Source: Microgenomates group bacterium ADurb.Bin219
GTDB lineage: Bacteria > Patescibacteriota > Microgenomatia > UM-FILTER-40-11
Direction: 5' to 3'
Length of the DNA: 64,000 bases
NCBI GenBank assembly: GCA_002069945.1
Contig: MWCH01000001.1
Span: 4,252-68,251 of the forward strand
Below are positions 7,346 through 16,585 of the stretch, piece by piece (the first letter of the stretch is position 1; each line of letters starts with the position of its first letter). Under the pieces are notes generated by a model. The model ran no database searches, had not been told where the DNA came from, and worked only from the letters and a program-made list of their open reading frames with translations. Made by a program: the position numbers and the translations under genes.

Positions 7346-9898
7346 TTAGAAAGTAGTTTTTTGAGAAGAATCAATTTTAAGAAAGTAGCCTCTATAATTA
7401 TCTAAGACAAAATCAAGCCCATACACCTCCTGTTTTTCTTTAGCCAGAGATTCCCACAACCCTGATTCGAAACGGGAAAGAACCTTGCCGTTGGATTTAT
7501 CAAGGATGTAAGAGGCGAAACAATTAACGCCAATTTGGCAGGAAGTTTTGGGCAACCCAATAGCATTCCAGCCAGGCTGCAAATCTAAAGTAATTGATTG
7601 AGTTATTTCTTCACCTGAAGGTTGCCAAGTCGAAGTTTTTATGGCATTAACAAAATATGAAACGCCCGGCTTGATAACAAAGTTATTAGAAGTAGTATTT
7701 AATGAGTAGCTTTCCCATTTACTATTTTCCCATTTTGAGATAATGTATACTTCTCCTCCCTGATTATTAATTTGATCAAGTAACTCTTTAGCGTTCATTG
7801 ATTCATTAGGCATAATGGGTAAACTTAACAAGTTCCAGCCCGGATTAATTTTTACTGATCGAATGACTTCCTTTATCTCAAAACTACCTTGAGTTGAGGA
7901 ATTAAGCTTTTCCATTTTAATATCTGCAAAATAGTTCTTATTCGAAGATGTGGGCGTCCAATCGAAGTTTAAATCTTTGTATCCGGAGCTAGAAATTGTA
8001 ACTTTGTAACCTTTCCCAATATCGGTTATTAATCCAAAGTTCCCGTTAGCATCAGTGACGGTCTTAATTTTTTTACCCGAAGAATCAGTAAGTGTAATAG
8101 TTGCGTTGGCAAGACGTGTTTTGGTATTTTGTTCAGCAAAAACTTTTTTAATCAGAATATTTAATGGAGGAACCAAGAATGATTCGCTATCAGGAGTTGG
8201 TTCTCCAGCTGAGACGGTCCCGCTTATTATTGTTTGTTCGGAATTCGGTTGGGCAGACTCACCCATAATACATTGGCAATTTTGACAGGTACCAGTCCGC
8301 CCACCAAAAAGGGAACAACTTTCACCATTATTGTGGTTAAAACAAGCATCTAATTTCGATAAATGTTGACAAGGCAAAGGAGTAGAAGAGGGTGGAGAAG
8401 TAGGATAGGAACTTCTACATATGCAATTTTTGCAATTTCCCGAAACTATTCCTAAACTACAAGGGTCATTTTCGTATTTTCCTTCACAGGCGAGTATTTC
8501 CATTGAACCCGGATTCATCGGACAAGGAGTAGGGGAAGGGATAGCTGGTACACGAGTTAAAGAAGAAGTAAGGGTAAGGGTTGGTGCGCTAGTTGGTGAG
8601 GTCCGAGTTGGTACACGAGTTAAAGAAGGAGATGGAGTATTGGAGGAAGAATTGGGAGCATGACAACCTAATTGGCAGGCTTGATCAGTGCGAAACGAAC
8701 TATCAGAGTTGTAACAATAGCACCGATTATTGCCCGTTTGACAGTTTAATGCCAAAAGTATTCCCGGATAGGAACGATTACATTGAGTTCCGTTGCAGAA
8801 ATAATCAGGACGACTGGAGGTTAGGCATTCTCCACCGCTAGTATTAAGCAATTTTTTGCAGGCTGAATCACAGTCAACCGGGAAATCTTGTCCCGGAGAA
8901 GGGGCTGGAGAGATGGTTGGGGTTTGTTGAACTGTAGGAGAAGTTACATCTCGACATTCGGCAACTCCCTGTGCATTAACAGTACAAGTTGTCCCTTGGC
9001 AGGTGCTGGTTCTTTGCCAATAACGTCCATATTGTGTAGCTTGGCAAGTTTGGATGCTTTTCCCGTCTGAGCTACACCTGCTTTTATTTAACTCAGAGGC
9101 TTGACAATTAAGATTTTGGCTTACGGTTGTTGGAGTCGGTTGAACTGTAGGTTGGGTAGCAGATGGAGTTATGGTCGCAAGACCATTAGCATTTTCGCAA
9201 TCGGCTTGAGTGGAGTAAGAGCCGCTCTCTGTGAAACAGGTGCAGACATATCCCGGGCAACTGGTTTGGTTGAGAGTTCTCTGCTTGGTATTTAATTTAT
9301 ACACCGCGCCGGAAATAGCACACCATTTCGCCGGTTTTGAGCCGCAAACATTATTGTAGGAGGCATTAGCTGCACGACAGGCTTCAGCACAGTTGGGGAA
9401 AGGAACAGTAGGGATAGGAACATTACAGCCGGGATTGGGTTGACTGCATGAAACTCCGGTGTTGCGACCGGCTTTGGTATAGGAAAAACCCCTAGCATCA
9501 CACCACTTTTCCACAATTACCCAGTTTGTTCCATCGCAATCAACTCTTTCGCATGCGCTTAATTGTTGGTTTTCTCTACCGGCACAGTCTGGCTGTGGTA
9601 GCGGTTGATTTTGGCAATTTGTGCCCGGACAACTATCGCCTCCGCGGTCGGCACAATCACCCCAATAGAACAAAGTTCCTCCGGCAGTATTACATTTTCT
9701 TACCTCTTTTGCCTTATGGCATTCGTTAGGACAACATTCACCATAAGTTCCTCCGTCAGTAGAGCCGGGGGGACAAACAGTGGCTGGGACACTGGACCCA
9801 CCGACATAACCGGCTTGAGCATCACCAGTTAAACCTCTCGAAAATATTCCCAAAAGGCAAATGATCAATAGTCGGTGAAAAATAGCTTTTCTTTTCAT
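7346..9898 (-). CDS. Large secreted cysteine-rich protein with Thr/Pro/Ser linkers and C-terminal carboxypeptidase-regulatory-like beta-sandwich domain(s)
   Basis: The product has a signal peptide (MKRKAIFHRLLIICLLGIFS) and dozens of Cys in repeated C-x-C contexts. PT/ST-rich linkers separate the modules. The C-terminal segment ATITLTDSSGKKIKTVTDANGNFGL matches a CarboxypepD_reg-like pattern. It is the last gene of a three-gene minus-strand operon whose genes overlap by 4 nt. Confidence 0.55.
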   Translation of the reverse strand: MKRKAIFHRLLIICLLGIFSRGLTGDAQAGYVGGSSVPATVCPPGSTDGGTYGECCPNECHKAKEVRKCNTAGGTLFYWGDCADRGGDSCPGTNCQNQPLPQPDCAGRENQQLSACERVDCDGTNWVIVEKWCDARGFSYTKAGRNTGVSCSQPNPGCNVPIPTVPFPNCAEACRAANASYNNVCGSKPAKWCAISGAVYKLNTKQRTLNQTSCPGYVCTCFTESGSYSTQADCENANGLATITPSATQPTVQPTPTTVSQNLNCQASELNKSRCSSDGKSIQTCQATQYGRYWQRTSTCQGTTCTVNAQGVAECRDVTSPTVQQTPTISPAPSPGQDFPVDCDSACKKLLNTSGGECLTSSRPDYFCNGTQCNRSYPGILLALNCQTGNNRCYCYNSDSSFRTDQACQLGCHAPNSSSNTPSPSLTRVPTRTSPTSAPTLTLTSSLTRVPAIPSPTPCPMNPGSMEILACEGKYENDPCSLGIVSGNCKNCICRSSYPTSPPSSTPLPCQHLSKLDACFNHNNGESCSLFGGRTGTCQNCQCIMGESAQPNSEQTIISGTVSAGEPTPDSESFLVPPLNILIKKVFAEQNTKTRLANATITLTDSSGKKIKTVTDANGNFGLITDIGKGYKVTISSSGYKDLNFDWTPTSSNKNYFADIKMEKLNSSTQGSFEIKEVIRSVKINPGWNLLSLPIMPNESMNAKELLDQINNQGGEVYIISKWENSKWESYSLNTTSNNFVIKPGVSYFVNAIKTSTWQPSGEEITQSITLDLQPGWNAIGLPKTSCQIGVNCFASYILDKSNGKVLSRFESGLWESLAKEKQEVYGLDFVLDNYRGYFLKIDSSQKTTF

Positions 9899-10677
9899 TT
9901 TAGAGTTACAAATCTAGCTGGTTGTCTTAATGTCGCCGATTGAAAATCACTGTTGTAGTAGCGACCGCTTCTGGCTTCTAAGAATATTAAATCTTCTTTT
10001 GTAATTTCATGAAAGCTTTCTTGGTTAAATTGTCTTAAATTGCCTAAATCTAGACTCCAAACCCCCCGGATATCAGTAAAAGTTGAAAGAGTTGAAGATT
10101 TGATTAAATTGGTATTTTCGCCGTCAATAAGAACTAAATAAACTAATACATCAGCCGCGCCAGTTTTGCCGTCACTTTGAAATACCCGGGAAAAAATTGG
10201 CTGGGGCATTGACAATTTTTCCAAAGCCGAGGCCGTTTTTATATCCGGTAGTATTTTACCATTGGCATCTGTTTTCAAAACTTTATTGTTGGAAACAATT
10301 CGGTAATAGTAACTGGAATTTGGTTTTAAATTTTTTAAGGTGACATGGTGGGTATAAGAAGGGTTGGTAATTTCATTTTGGGCGATATTGTATTTTTCCA
10401 ATAAAAGAGGATACAGAAAGCTTAACTGAAGGCTTCTTAAAATTCGGTTTTCCTGTTGACTAAAAATAACTTGGCTTCTGACTGGTTTATCGGTCGTCCA
10501 GGAAATTGAAAGAGAAGAATCAGTCACGTTGGAGATTCTTAGATTTTGTGGCGAAACAGTCGGGGCAGGGGAAAATATAATAATTAAAAATCCAACCAGA
10601 ATGGCTACAAACAAGCATAAAATAAGTTTAAAATAGCGGTATGAAGTAAGGGAAATTTTATTTCCAAATTTTTTCAT
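9895..10677 (-). CDS. Membrane-anchored FN3/purple-acid-phosphatase-N-like domain protein (paralog B)
   Basis: An N-terminal transmembrane segment is followed by PQNLRISNVTDSSLSISWTTDKP ... YTHHVTLKNLKPNSSYYYRIVS. The likely ATG is at 10677, while the track ORF starts at a TTG at 10683. Confidence 0.55.
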   Translation of the reverse strand: MKKFGNKISLTSYRYFKLILCLFVAILVGFLIIIFSPAPTVSPQNLRISNVTDSSLSISWTTDKPVRSQVIFSQQENRILRSLQLSFLYPLLLEKYNIAQNEITNPSYTHHVTLKNLKPNSSYYYRIVSNNKVLKTDANGKILPDIKTASALEKLSMPQPIFSRVFQSDGKTGAADVLVYLVLIDGENTNLIKSSTLSTFTDIRGVWSLDLGNLRQFNQESFHEITKEDLIFLEARSGRYYNSDFQSATLRQPARFVTLK

Positions 10678-10679
10678 TT

Positions 10680-11564
10680 TCAAGTTTTTTTATTAAAACT
10701 AAAAATTCTTTTGAAAAATTTTATAATTTTTGTTAGCCAATTTTCCTTTTCCTCAACCGGACTGGCTGGCCAGAGCTGGGTTTCGAATGAAGGAGGCGAT
10801 TTCAAAGTGCTTTCTGTTTCCGCATTTGTTTCTTTTGGAGAAGCGGTTAGAGTTATATCGGTCAGAGTTTGATTGTCTTGGACGACTATCGGTTTGACAA
10901 CAGTCGTTTCTCCGTCAGCCACCAAAAGATAGCCTTTTTCGTTCATTTGTACTAGGTATGGAGTTGCCCGGTCCTTGTTTCGGCTATTGTTGAGATTTAA
11001 AAGGTAATTCCCGTTTTTGTCAGTTAGAGTAGAAATGGGGGTAGAATTATTAAAACTGAAGTAGACCAGAACTTCATTGGCCGGCATTTGGTTGGTATTT
11101 AAGATTCTTCCTTTAAGAATAAAAGGAGGCAGGGGGGTAGCGGCTGGAGTGGCGGGAGTGGTAAATTCATAAGGACGGCCATTGTTGTCAAATCTTTCTT
11201 CACCAGAAACCAAAAGGAAGTAATAAGTTTTTCCAGGATAAAGGTCTTTAAGAGTGATGTGATGGATTTTAGAACTTGGTTGACTGGGGCGATCATCAAA
11301 AGCAACCTGTTTTTTTAATAAATCATTACTTTCAGAGTAAAAAAGCAATCCCTTGGTAGGGAAGTCTGTTAGCCAGGAAACGGTTAAGGAATTTTCTGAA
11401 AGATTAGTTAGCTTTACTTCTTTGGGGGTGGGTTCCGGAGCAGCTTGGGATCGAAAAATAGTTGGATTTTGAATTAAAAATAAAAGTCCGCCTAAACCAA
11501 TAAGGATTGCACCAAAGCCTAGTAAGTTTTTTTTCAGGTGGTTATCGATTTTTATTTTTTTCAT
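10680..11564 (-). CDS. Membrane-anchored FN3/purple-acid-phosphatase-N-like domain protein (paralog A)
   Basis: An N-terminal transmembrane segment is followed by PKEVKLTNLSENSLTVSWLTDFPTKG ... HHITLKDLYPGKTYYFLLVS, then a carboxypeptidase-regulatory-like segment. The ATG is at 11564. Confidence 0.55.
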   Translation of the reverse strand: MKKIKIDNHLKKNLLGFGAILIGLGGLLFLIQNPTIFRSQAAPEPTPKEVKLTNLSENSLTVSWLTDFPTKGLLFYSESNDLLKKQVAFDDRPSQPSSKIHHITLKDLYPGKTYYFLLVSGEERFDNNGRPYEFTTPATPAATPLPPFILKGRILNTNQMPANEVLVYFSFNNSTPISTLTDKNGNYLLNLNNSRNKDRATPYLVQMNEKGYLLVADGETTVVKPIVVQDNQTLTDITLTASPKETNAETESTLKSPPSFETQLWPASPVEEKENWLTKIIKFFKRIFSFNKKT

Positions 11565-11740
11565 CAACAACGGTTACTTTTTACTATTATACATAAAAAT
11601 TTGAATGTCAAGTGTTATTATCTGATAGGGTTATCAGGCTATAATATATATGAGATATTTATTAAAAATAAAATTAGAGCAAAAGAGAAAGCGGGAGACA
11701 GAGTAGAAGTTATTTTTGACTTTTAACCTTACGTTATATG

Positions 11741-12583
11741 CTAAAAGCTGAAGCGGTTTTTGATTAAAGACGGCGGAAAATATATTTCTTTTCCACCGAA
11801 TCCTTCTTTAAATTTGGTAAATCCTAGCCAGGCTTTGACCGGATATCTTTCATCGTAGATTCCTTCAAAATCAAAAATTTCGCAATTCATTTTTTTAGCC
11901 AATTTAAATGCTTCCCAAGCTAACAACGAAGGGGCAAACATTTTTTTGCCCTCTTTGGTGGCAGCGGCCAACCAATAGTAAGCCACTTTATTTGCATGAA
12001 GCAGAAAAATTCCCGCGACCGGCTTTTCTTGAAAATAGGCAATCAAAATTTTGGCACTTTTCGGATAAAAGGCAAGGTAAAGATTTTTGATTTCATTATC
12101 GGTGGCAAAAGGAATAATATTTTTTTCCCACAAAGAATGTTTCTTCAACCAAAGGAATTCCCGAAAGTCTTTTGCCTGCTTAACCATAATGCCGTTTTTT
12201 TCCGCTTTTCTGACGGCCCTTCTTTTGGCTTCGGAAAAAGAATTAAATATTTCCGGCTCCGGTTTTGTGAGATCTACTTGAATAGTTTTAGTCGGAAAAT
12301 AAGGTTTTTGATTGATTTTAAAATCAATCCTGCTTTCTTGCTCTTTTGCTCTTTTACTTTTGTTAATTTCCTGATCAATCAAAATTTGGAATGCCCGATT
12401 TTGTTTGGCAATTTTTTCAATTTCCGCAAAAGGAAGCGGGGGTTTGATTCTTTGAACCTTAATGATTGAACCGATCAGGGGAAACTTTTTAACAAATATT
12501 TGCCCGCCGGAGATTTTTTCCGTTTTCCAGCCCAGAAGTTTTAAATAATTGGCATAATCGGGAGTTTGTCTAATATCGATCAT
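11741..12583 (-). CDS. FemAB-family aminoacyltransferase (peptidoglycan interpeptide bridge formation), short paralog
   Basis: The C-terminal half is typical of FemX/FemAB family proteins (IFLLHANKVAYYWLAAATKEGKKMFAPSLLAWEAFKLAKKMNCEIFDFEGI). Confidence 0.65.
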   Translation of the reverse strand: MIDIRQTPDYANYLKLLGWKTEKISGGQIFVKKFPLIGSIIKVQRIKPPLPFAEIEKIAKQNRAFQILIDQEINKSKRAKEQESRIDFKINQKPYFPTKTIQVDLTKPEPEIFNSFSEAKRRAVRKAEKNGIMVKQAKDFREFLWLKKHSLWEKNIIPFATDNEIKNLYLAFYPKSAKILIAYFQEKPVAGIFLLHANKVAYYWLAAATKEGKKMFAPSLLAWEAFKLAKKMNCEIFDFEGIYDERYPVKAWLGFTKFKEGFGGKEIYFPPSLIKNRFSF

Positions 12584-12597
12584 TCATCGTTGTCTCG

Positions 12598-13614
12598 TTA
12601 GCTTGTTTTTGCCTTTAGCCTTAAAATTTTCCAGCGAAGTTTGTCAATCAGATTGTAAAGCTTATAAAGCTTTGGATTAATCACTAAATCGTAAGTACCC
12701 ACAAATTCTACCAATTTAGGGGAAAAGCCTTCTTTGAAGCGGTGAAAGCCGTAATAGGGGTGGTTGGGGGACGGATTCGGTTCAAGGTCACCCCAAAGGT
12801 CAAATTTTTTAAGCCCCAGTTTTTTACCGAACTTAATTGCTTCCCACATTAATAAAGTCGGGGCCATCAATTCTTTGTGTTCCCTAGTGGAAGCGCCGTA
12901 AGGATAGTACAAAGTGTCCTTAAAAACAAAAAGCAGAAAGGCAGCGAGAATATCGTCCTTGGAGCCGGCGGTCAAAAGACGGGAAATACCGGCCGGTTGT
13001 AAAATTTGCCATTGGGCTTGGTGAAAGTTTTGGCTATGGGCGTAGAAACCCTGTCTGGCGGTTGTTTCGAACAAGAGTTTTAAATATTCTTTAAACGCCT
13101 TTGGGGAATTGTCCTCTTTGGCGGTAACGCCGCGTTTTTCTGCCAACCGAATATTGTATCGGGTTTTCGGATGCATTTTTTTAAGCAATTCTTCTTCGGA
13201 TAAGGATAAATCAATCACGGAAGTATATTTGGTAAATATCGGTTTCCCGGGAAATAATCCCCAGTCAATCATTGTCTTCCTGTTTACTGTTGATTGTTTA
13301 CCGTTGACAGTATTCGGTTCTAACTTAATAAAGATGGCTTTGTTTTCTTGGCCGATTTCTTTCAGGAATTTGATTATTTCCTTTGTCGGCAATGGGCCCT
13401 TGGGAAAATAGCCAACGGTATATGGCAAATGAGGAATCTTATGAAAAAATAATTGAAAAGCAGAAACCAGCTTTTCTTTTTCGTAAATTCCGGCGCGGAC
13501 AACTTTTTGCCCCAGTTTTTCCCGGAATTCGCCCCATTCATAGGATTGAAGGGGATGATTTACAAGTTTGTTAAACGCCTCTTTGTCTTTTGCTGTTAGT
13601 TCTTTAATAATCAT
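12598..13614 (-). CDS. FemAB-family aminoacyltransferase
   Basis: The N-terminus reads HPLQSYEWGEFREKLGQKV and the C-terminus reads AFLLFVFKDTLYYPYGASTREHKELMAPTLLMWEAIKFGKKLGLKKFDLWG. The two paralogs lie in tandem, 14 nt apart. Confidence 0.7.
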   Translation of the reverse strand: MIIKELTAKDKEAFNKLVNHPLQSYEWGEFREKLGQKVVRAGIYEKEKLVSAFQLFFHKIPHLPYTVGYFPKGPLPTKEIIKFLKEIGQENKAIFIKLEPNTVNGKQSTVNRKTMIDWGLFPGKPIFTKYTSVIDLSLSEEELLKKMHPKTRYNIRLAEKRGVTAKEDNSPKAFKEYLKLLFETTARQGFYAHSQNFHQAQWQILQPAGISRLLTAGSKDDILAAFLLFVFKDTLYYPYGASTREHKELMAPTLLMWEAIKFGKKLGLKKFDLWGDLEPNPSPNHPYYGFHRFKEGFSPKLVEFVGTYDLVINPKLYKLYNLIDKLRWKILRLKAKTS

Positions 13615-13680
13615 CTGCCTGAAGAAAATTTTCTTAAATTTCTTGGGAACTTTAACTTGCTTTATTTTACCACTCTTTTC

Positions 13681-15528
13681 CTACGAGAGTAGCTGGAGCA
13701 ATTCTTGGGGAATATCCATCAAAAAGCGGGAAGGAAGGTTGGCACTTCTCTGGCCAAAGTAAAGACGGCGACGGGCATAAGTTAAATATACTTTTTCCTT
13801 GGCGCGGGTAATTCCGACATAGCAGAGCCTTCTTTCTTCTTCCAATTGAGAATTATCTAAAAGACTGCGCGAATGGGGGAAAAGACCTTCTTCCATCCCG
13901 ACCATAAAAACAACGGGGAATTCCAGCCCTTTAGCGGCATGAAGTGTCATCAGGGTAACCGCTCCCCTCTTGTCGGTCGTTTTTTTGTCTTTAACCGGAT
14001 GATCGGGAAGTTGCTCCTGTTCAACCAGGGCAACATTTTCCAAGAACTGGTTTAGCTCGGGAAAATTGGTGGCGACCGAGCCAAGCTCTTTAATATTTTC
14101 CAGCCGGGTCAAATCCTCTTCGTCTTCGGCATCGTAAAGATCTAGGTAGCCTGTTTCCTTAAGAGTTTTTTCAAGGATTTCCATGGTTGTCAGGTTTTTC
14201 CGGCCGATTAACGATTTTTGCAGTTTTAAAAATTTTTCCAGTCGGCCTTTCCCCAGTTTTTCAATTCTTTTATAAGAAACCATATCCTTAGGATTGGCCA
14301 AAAGTCTTAAATAAGAAAGAACATCTTTTATTTCCTTCCTTTCATAGAAACGAGTACCGCCGACCAGGGAATAAGGAATCCCTGCTTGTAAAAAGGCCTC
14401 TTCCAGAACGCGGGATTGAGCATTGGTTCGATAAAGGATGGCGAAATAAGAGTAATTGGGGGCAAGTCGTGAGTTGGAGGAGACGCGATTCAGAATTTGG
14501 CGGACAATAAATTCCGCTTCTTCCAATTCGTTGGCAGCTTCGTAAAGAAAAGCGTTTTCTCCTTTCGGGTTTTCGGTCCAAAGTTTTAAAACCGGATGGG
14601 AAGAGTTATGGGAGATGACGGAATAGGCGGTGTCCAGAATTTTTTGGGTTGAACGGTAATTTTGTTCCAAATTAATAGTTTTCAGGTCGGGAAAATCTTC
14701 CTTGAGTTTTAAGACATTTTTAAAATCGGCGCCGCGCCACATATAAATTGATTGGGCCATATCGCCGACAACGGTTAAATTATTAAATCTTTTGGCCAAT
14801 AATTTAGTCAAAACATATTGGGCATGGTTGGTATCCTGGTATTCGTCAACAAGAAGATAGCGGTATTTGTTTTGATAATCGCCCAGAATTTCCGGAAATT
14901 TTTTAAAAAGATTGACCGTTTTAAAAATCAAATCATCAAAATCCAAAGCTTCGTTTTCTTTTAAAAAATTTTGGTATTTCCGGTAGACTCTGGCCACGGT
15001 TTCCTGCCAATAACCGCGGACATATTGGGGATATTCCAACTCGGAAATCAATTCGTTTTTCGCTTCGGAGATGGTTGTCAGAACCGCGCGGGGATTAAAT
15101 TCTTTTGGCGACAGTTGCAATTGATTAAGAATTTCTTTAACCGCGTCAATTTGGTCCTGATCGTCATAGATAAGATAATTGGGGGGAATGCCGATATTTT
15201 TCCCTTCTTTACGCAAAATTTTGGCGCAAAAGGAATGGAAAGTGCCGGCATATGGAAGGTGGGAAGTAAAGCTTGAGAGGCGTGCCGGGAGTTGAGAAGC
15301 GAGGATTTTTTGGAGGCGGTCTTTCATCTCGCCCGCGGCCTTATTGGTAAAAGTCAGCAGCAAGATATTTTCCGGAGGGACTTTCTTTTCCGCTATCAGC
15401 CAGGCGGTCCGGTAAATTAAAACCCGGGTTTTTCCCGAACCGGCGCCGGCCAGAACCAAAAGCGGGCCGTTATGGTAAACGACCGCTTCTTGTTGAGCCG
15501 GATTCAAATCTGCTAAAATATCTTTCAT
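13681..15528 (-). CDS. pcrA: ATP-dependent DNA helicase, UvrD/PcrA family (uninterrupted copy)
   Basis: The sequence begins MKDILADLNPAQQEAVVYHNGPLLVLAGAGSGKTRV, and contains LLVDEYQDTN, VVGDMAQSIYMWRGAD and LHAAKGLEFPVVFMVG. The likely start is an internal Met of the track ORF. Confidence 0.85.
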   Translation of the reverse strand: MKDILADLNPAQQEAVVYHNGPLLVLAGAGSGKTRVLIYRTAWLIAEKKVPPENILLLTFTNKAAGEMKDRLQKILASQLPARLSSFTSHLPYAGTFHSFCAKILRKEGKNIGIPPNYLIYDDQDQIDAVKEILNQLQLSPKEFNPRAVLTTISEAKNELISELEYPQYVRGYWQETVARVYRKYQNFLKENEALDFDDLIFKTVNLFKKFPEILGDYQNKYRYLLVDEYQDTNHAQYVLTKLLAKRFNNLTVVGDMAQSIYMWRGADFKNVLKLKEDFPDLKTINLEQNYRSTQKILDTAYSVISHNSSHPVLKLWTENPKGENAFLYEAANELEEAEFIVRQILNRVSSNSRLAPNYSYFAILYRTNAQSRVLEEAFLQAGIPYSLVGGTRFYERKEIKDVLSYLRLLANPKDMVSYKRIEKLGKGRLEKFLKLQKSLIGRKNLTTMEILEKTLKETGYLDLYDAEDEEDLTRLENIKELGSVATNFPELNQFLENVALVEQEQLPDHPVKDKKTTDKRGAVTLMTLHAAKGLEFPVVFMVGMEEGLFPHSRSLLDNSQLEEERRLCYVGITRAKEKVYLTYARRRLYFGQRSANLPSRFLMDIPQELLQLLS

Positions 15529-16528
15529 GCCAGACAATTTTAAAGGAAAAACGGCAGAAGAGAAAGTGGAGCCGGAAAAGGAAAGCGTTAAAAGCAGTAA
15601 AAAAGGTAAAGGAAGAGGCTGTTTATTTTTTCTCTTTCTGGTTTTGGTTTTATTTTTTTGGGGAAGAAGATTTGTTAAAGGGCTTCCGCAAATTAGAGAA
15701 GACAATGGGAGGGTAAATTTGGTTTTGTTGGGGATCAGCGGCGATGGTCAAAAACCGGCCGATTTAACCGATACCATTATCTTTTCCTCTTTTAATAAAA
15801 GCAACGGCCGGACTCTTTTCCTTTCTTTGCCTAGAGACATTTGGTCCGACAGCTTAAAGTCTAAAATCAATACCGCTTATCATTACGGCGGTTTTTCTTT
15901 GGCCAGACAATCGCTTGAGGAAATTTTAGGCCAACCGGTCCACTATCTTTTTGTTTTGGATTTTGAAGGTTTTAAAAAAGTGGTTGATTTTCTCGGGGGA
16001 ATTGATATTTATATTGAAAGAACATTTACCGACTTTAAATATCCGGTTCCCGGAAGGGAAGACGATCTTTGCGACGGGGACAAGGAATTGAAATGCCGCT
16101 ACGAAGAACTTCATTTTGAAAAAGGATGGGAAAAGATGGACGGGGAAAGGGCTTTAAAATTTGTCCGTTCGCGGAATGCCGAAGGCGAAGAAGGAACGGA
16201 TTTTGCCCGCAACCAAAGACAGCAAAAATTTCTTTTGGCCCTGAAGGATAAGGCTCTTCAGCCGAAAAACATTTTTCGTCTTAAAGAAGCAATCAAGTTA
16301 TTGCCCTCTTTGATCAAGACCGATTTAAAACAGGAAGAATATTCGAATTTCGGGTTAACTTTTTTAAGATTTCAATCGGATAAAATTAAAACAGAACAGC
16401 TTAAAACCGAAGGGGAAGAAGCCTTACTTTTTCATCCTTTAAGGCATTCTTCCGGACAATGGGTTTTGTTACCCAAAGACGGAAACGGGGAAGAAATAAG
16501 AGGTTTTGTAAAAAAGAATTTACCGTGA
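15527..16528 (+). CDS. LytR-CpsA-Psr (LCP) family cell-envelope phosphotransferase
   Basis: An N-terminal transmembrane segment is followed by DTIIFSSFNKSNGRTLFLSLPRDIW ... INTAYHYGG and KFVRSRN, which are LCP hallmarks. Confidence 0.75.
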   Translation: MPDNFKGKTAEEKVEPEKESVKSSKKGKGRGCLFFLFLVLVLFFWGRRFVKGLPQIREDNGRVNLVLLGISGDGQKPADLTDTIIFSSFNKSNGRTLFLSLPRDIWSDSLKSKINTAYHYGGFSLARQSLEEILGQPVHYLFVLDFEGFKKVVDFLGGIDIYIERTFTDFKYPVPGREDDLCDGDKELKCRYEELHFEKGWEKMDGERALKFVRSRNAEGEEGTDFARNQRQQKFLLALKDKALQPKNIFRLKEAIKLLPSLIKTDLKQEEYSNFGLTFLRFQSDKIKTEQLKTEGEEALLFHPLRHSSGQWVLLPKDGNGEEIRGFVKKNLP

Positions 16529-16585
16529 TAGGCATTACGAATTAAGGGATTAAAAGATTAACGAAATTTCTTTACTCTTGCTTTA

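Noticed and set aside
8055-9832. Several 60-80-aa plus-strand ORFs (8055, 8421, 8593, 8888, 9101, 9526, 9605)
   Set aside because: All are antisense to the 850-aa Cys-rich gene and short. None has an RBS or a conserved motif.
13681-15705. N-terminal 59 aa of the track ORF for pcrA (MSSLICGSPL...)
   Set aside because: The conserved PcrA N-terminus begins at the internal MKDILADLNPAQQEAV. The upstream extension is Lys/Pro-rich junk that overlaps the divergent LCP gene.
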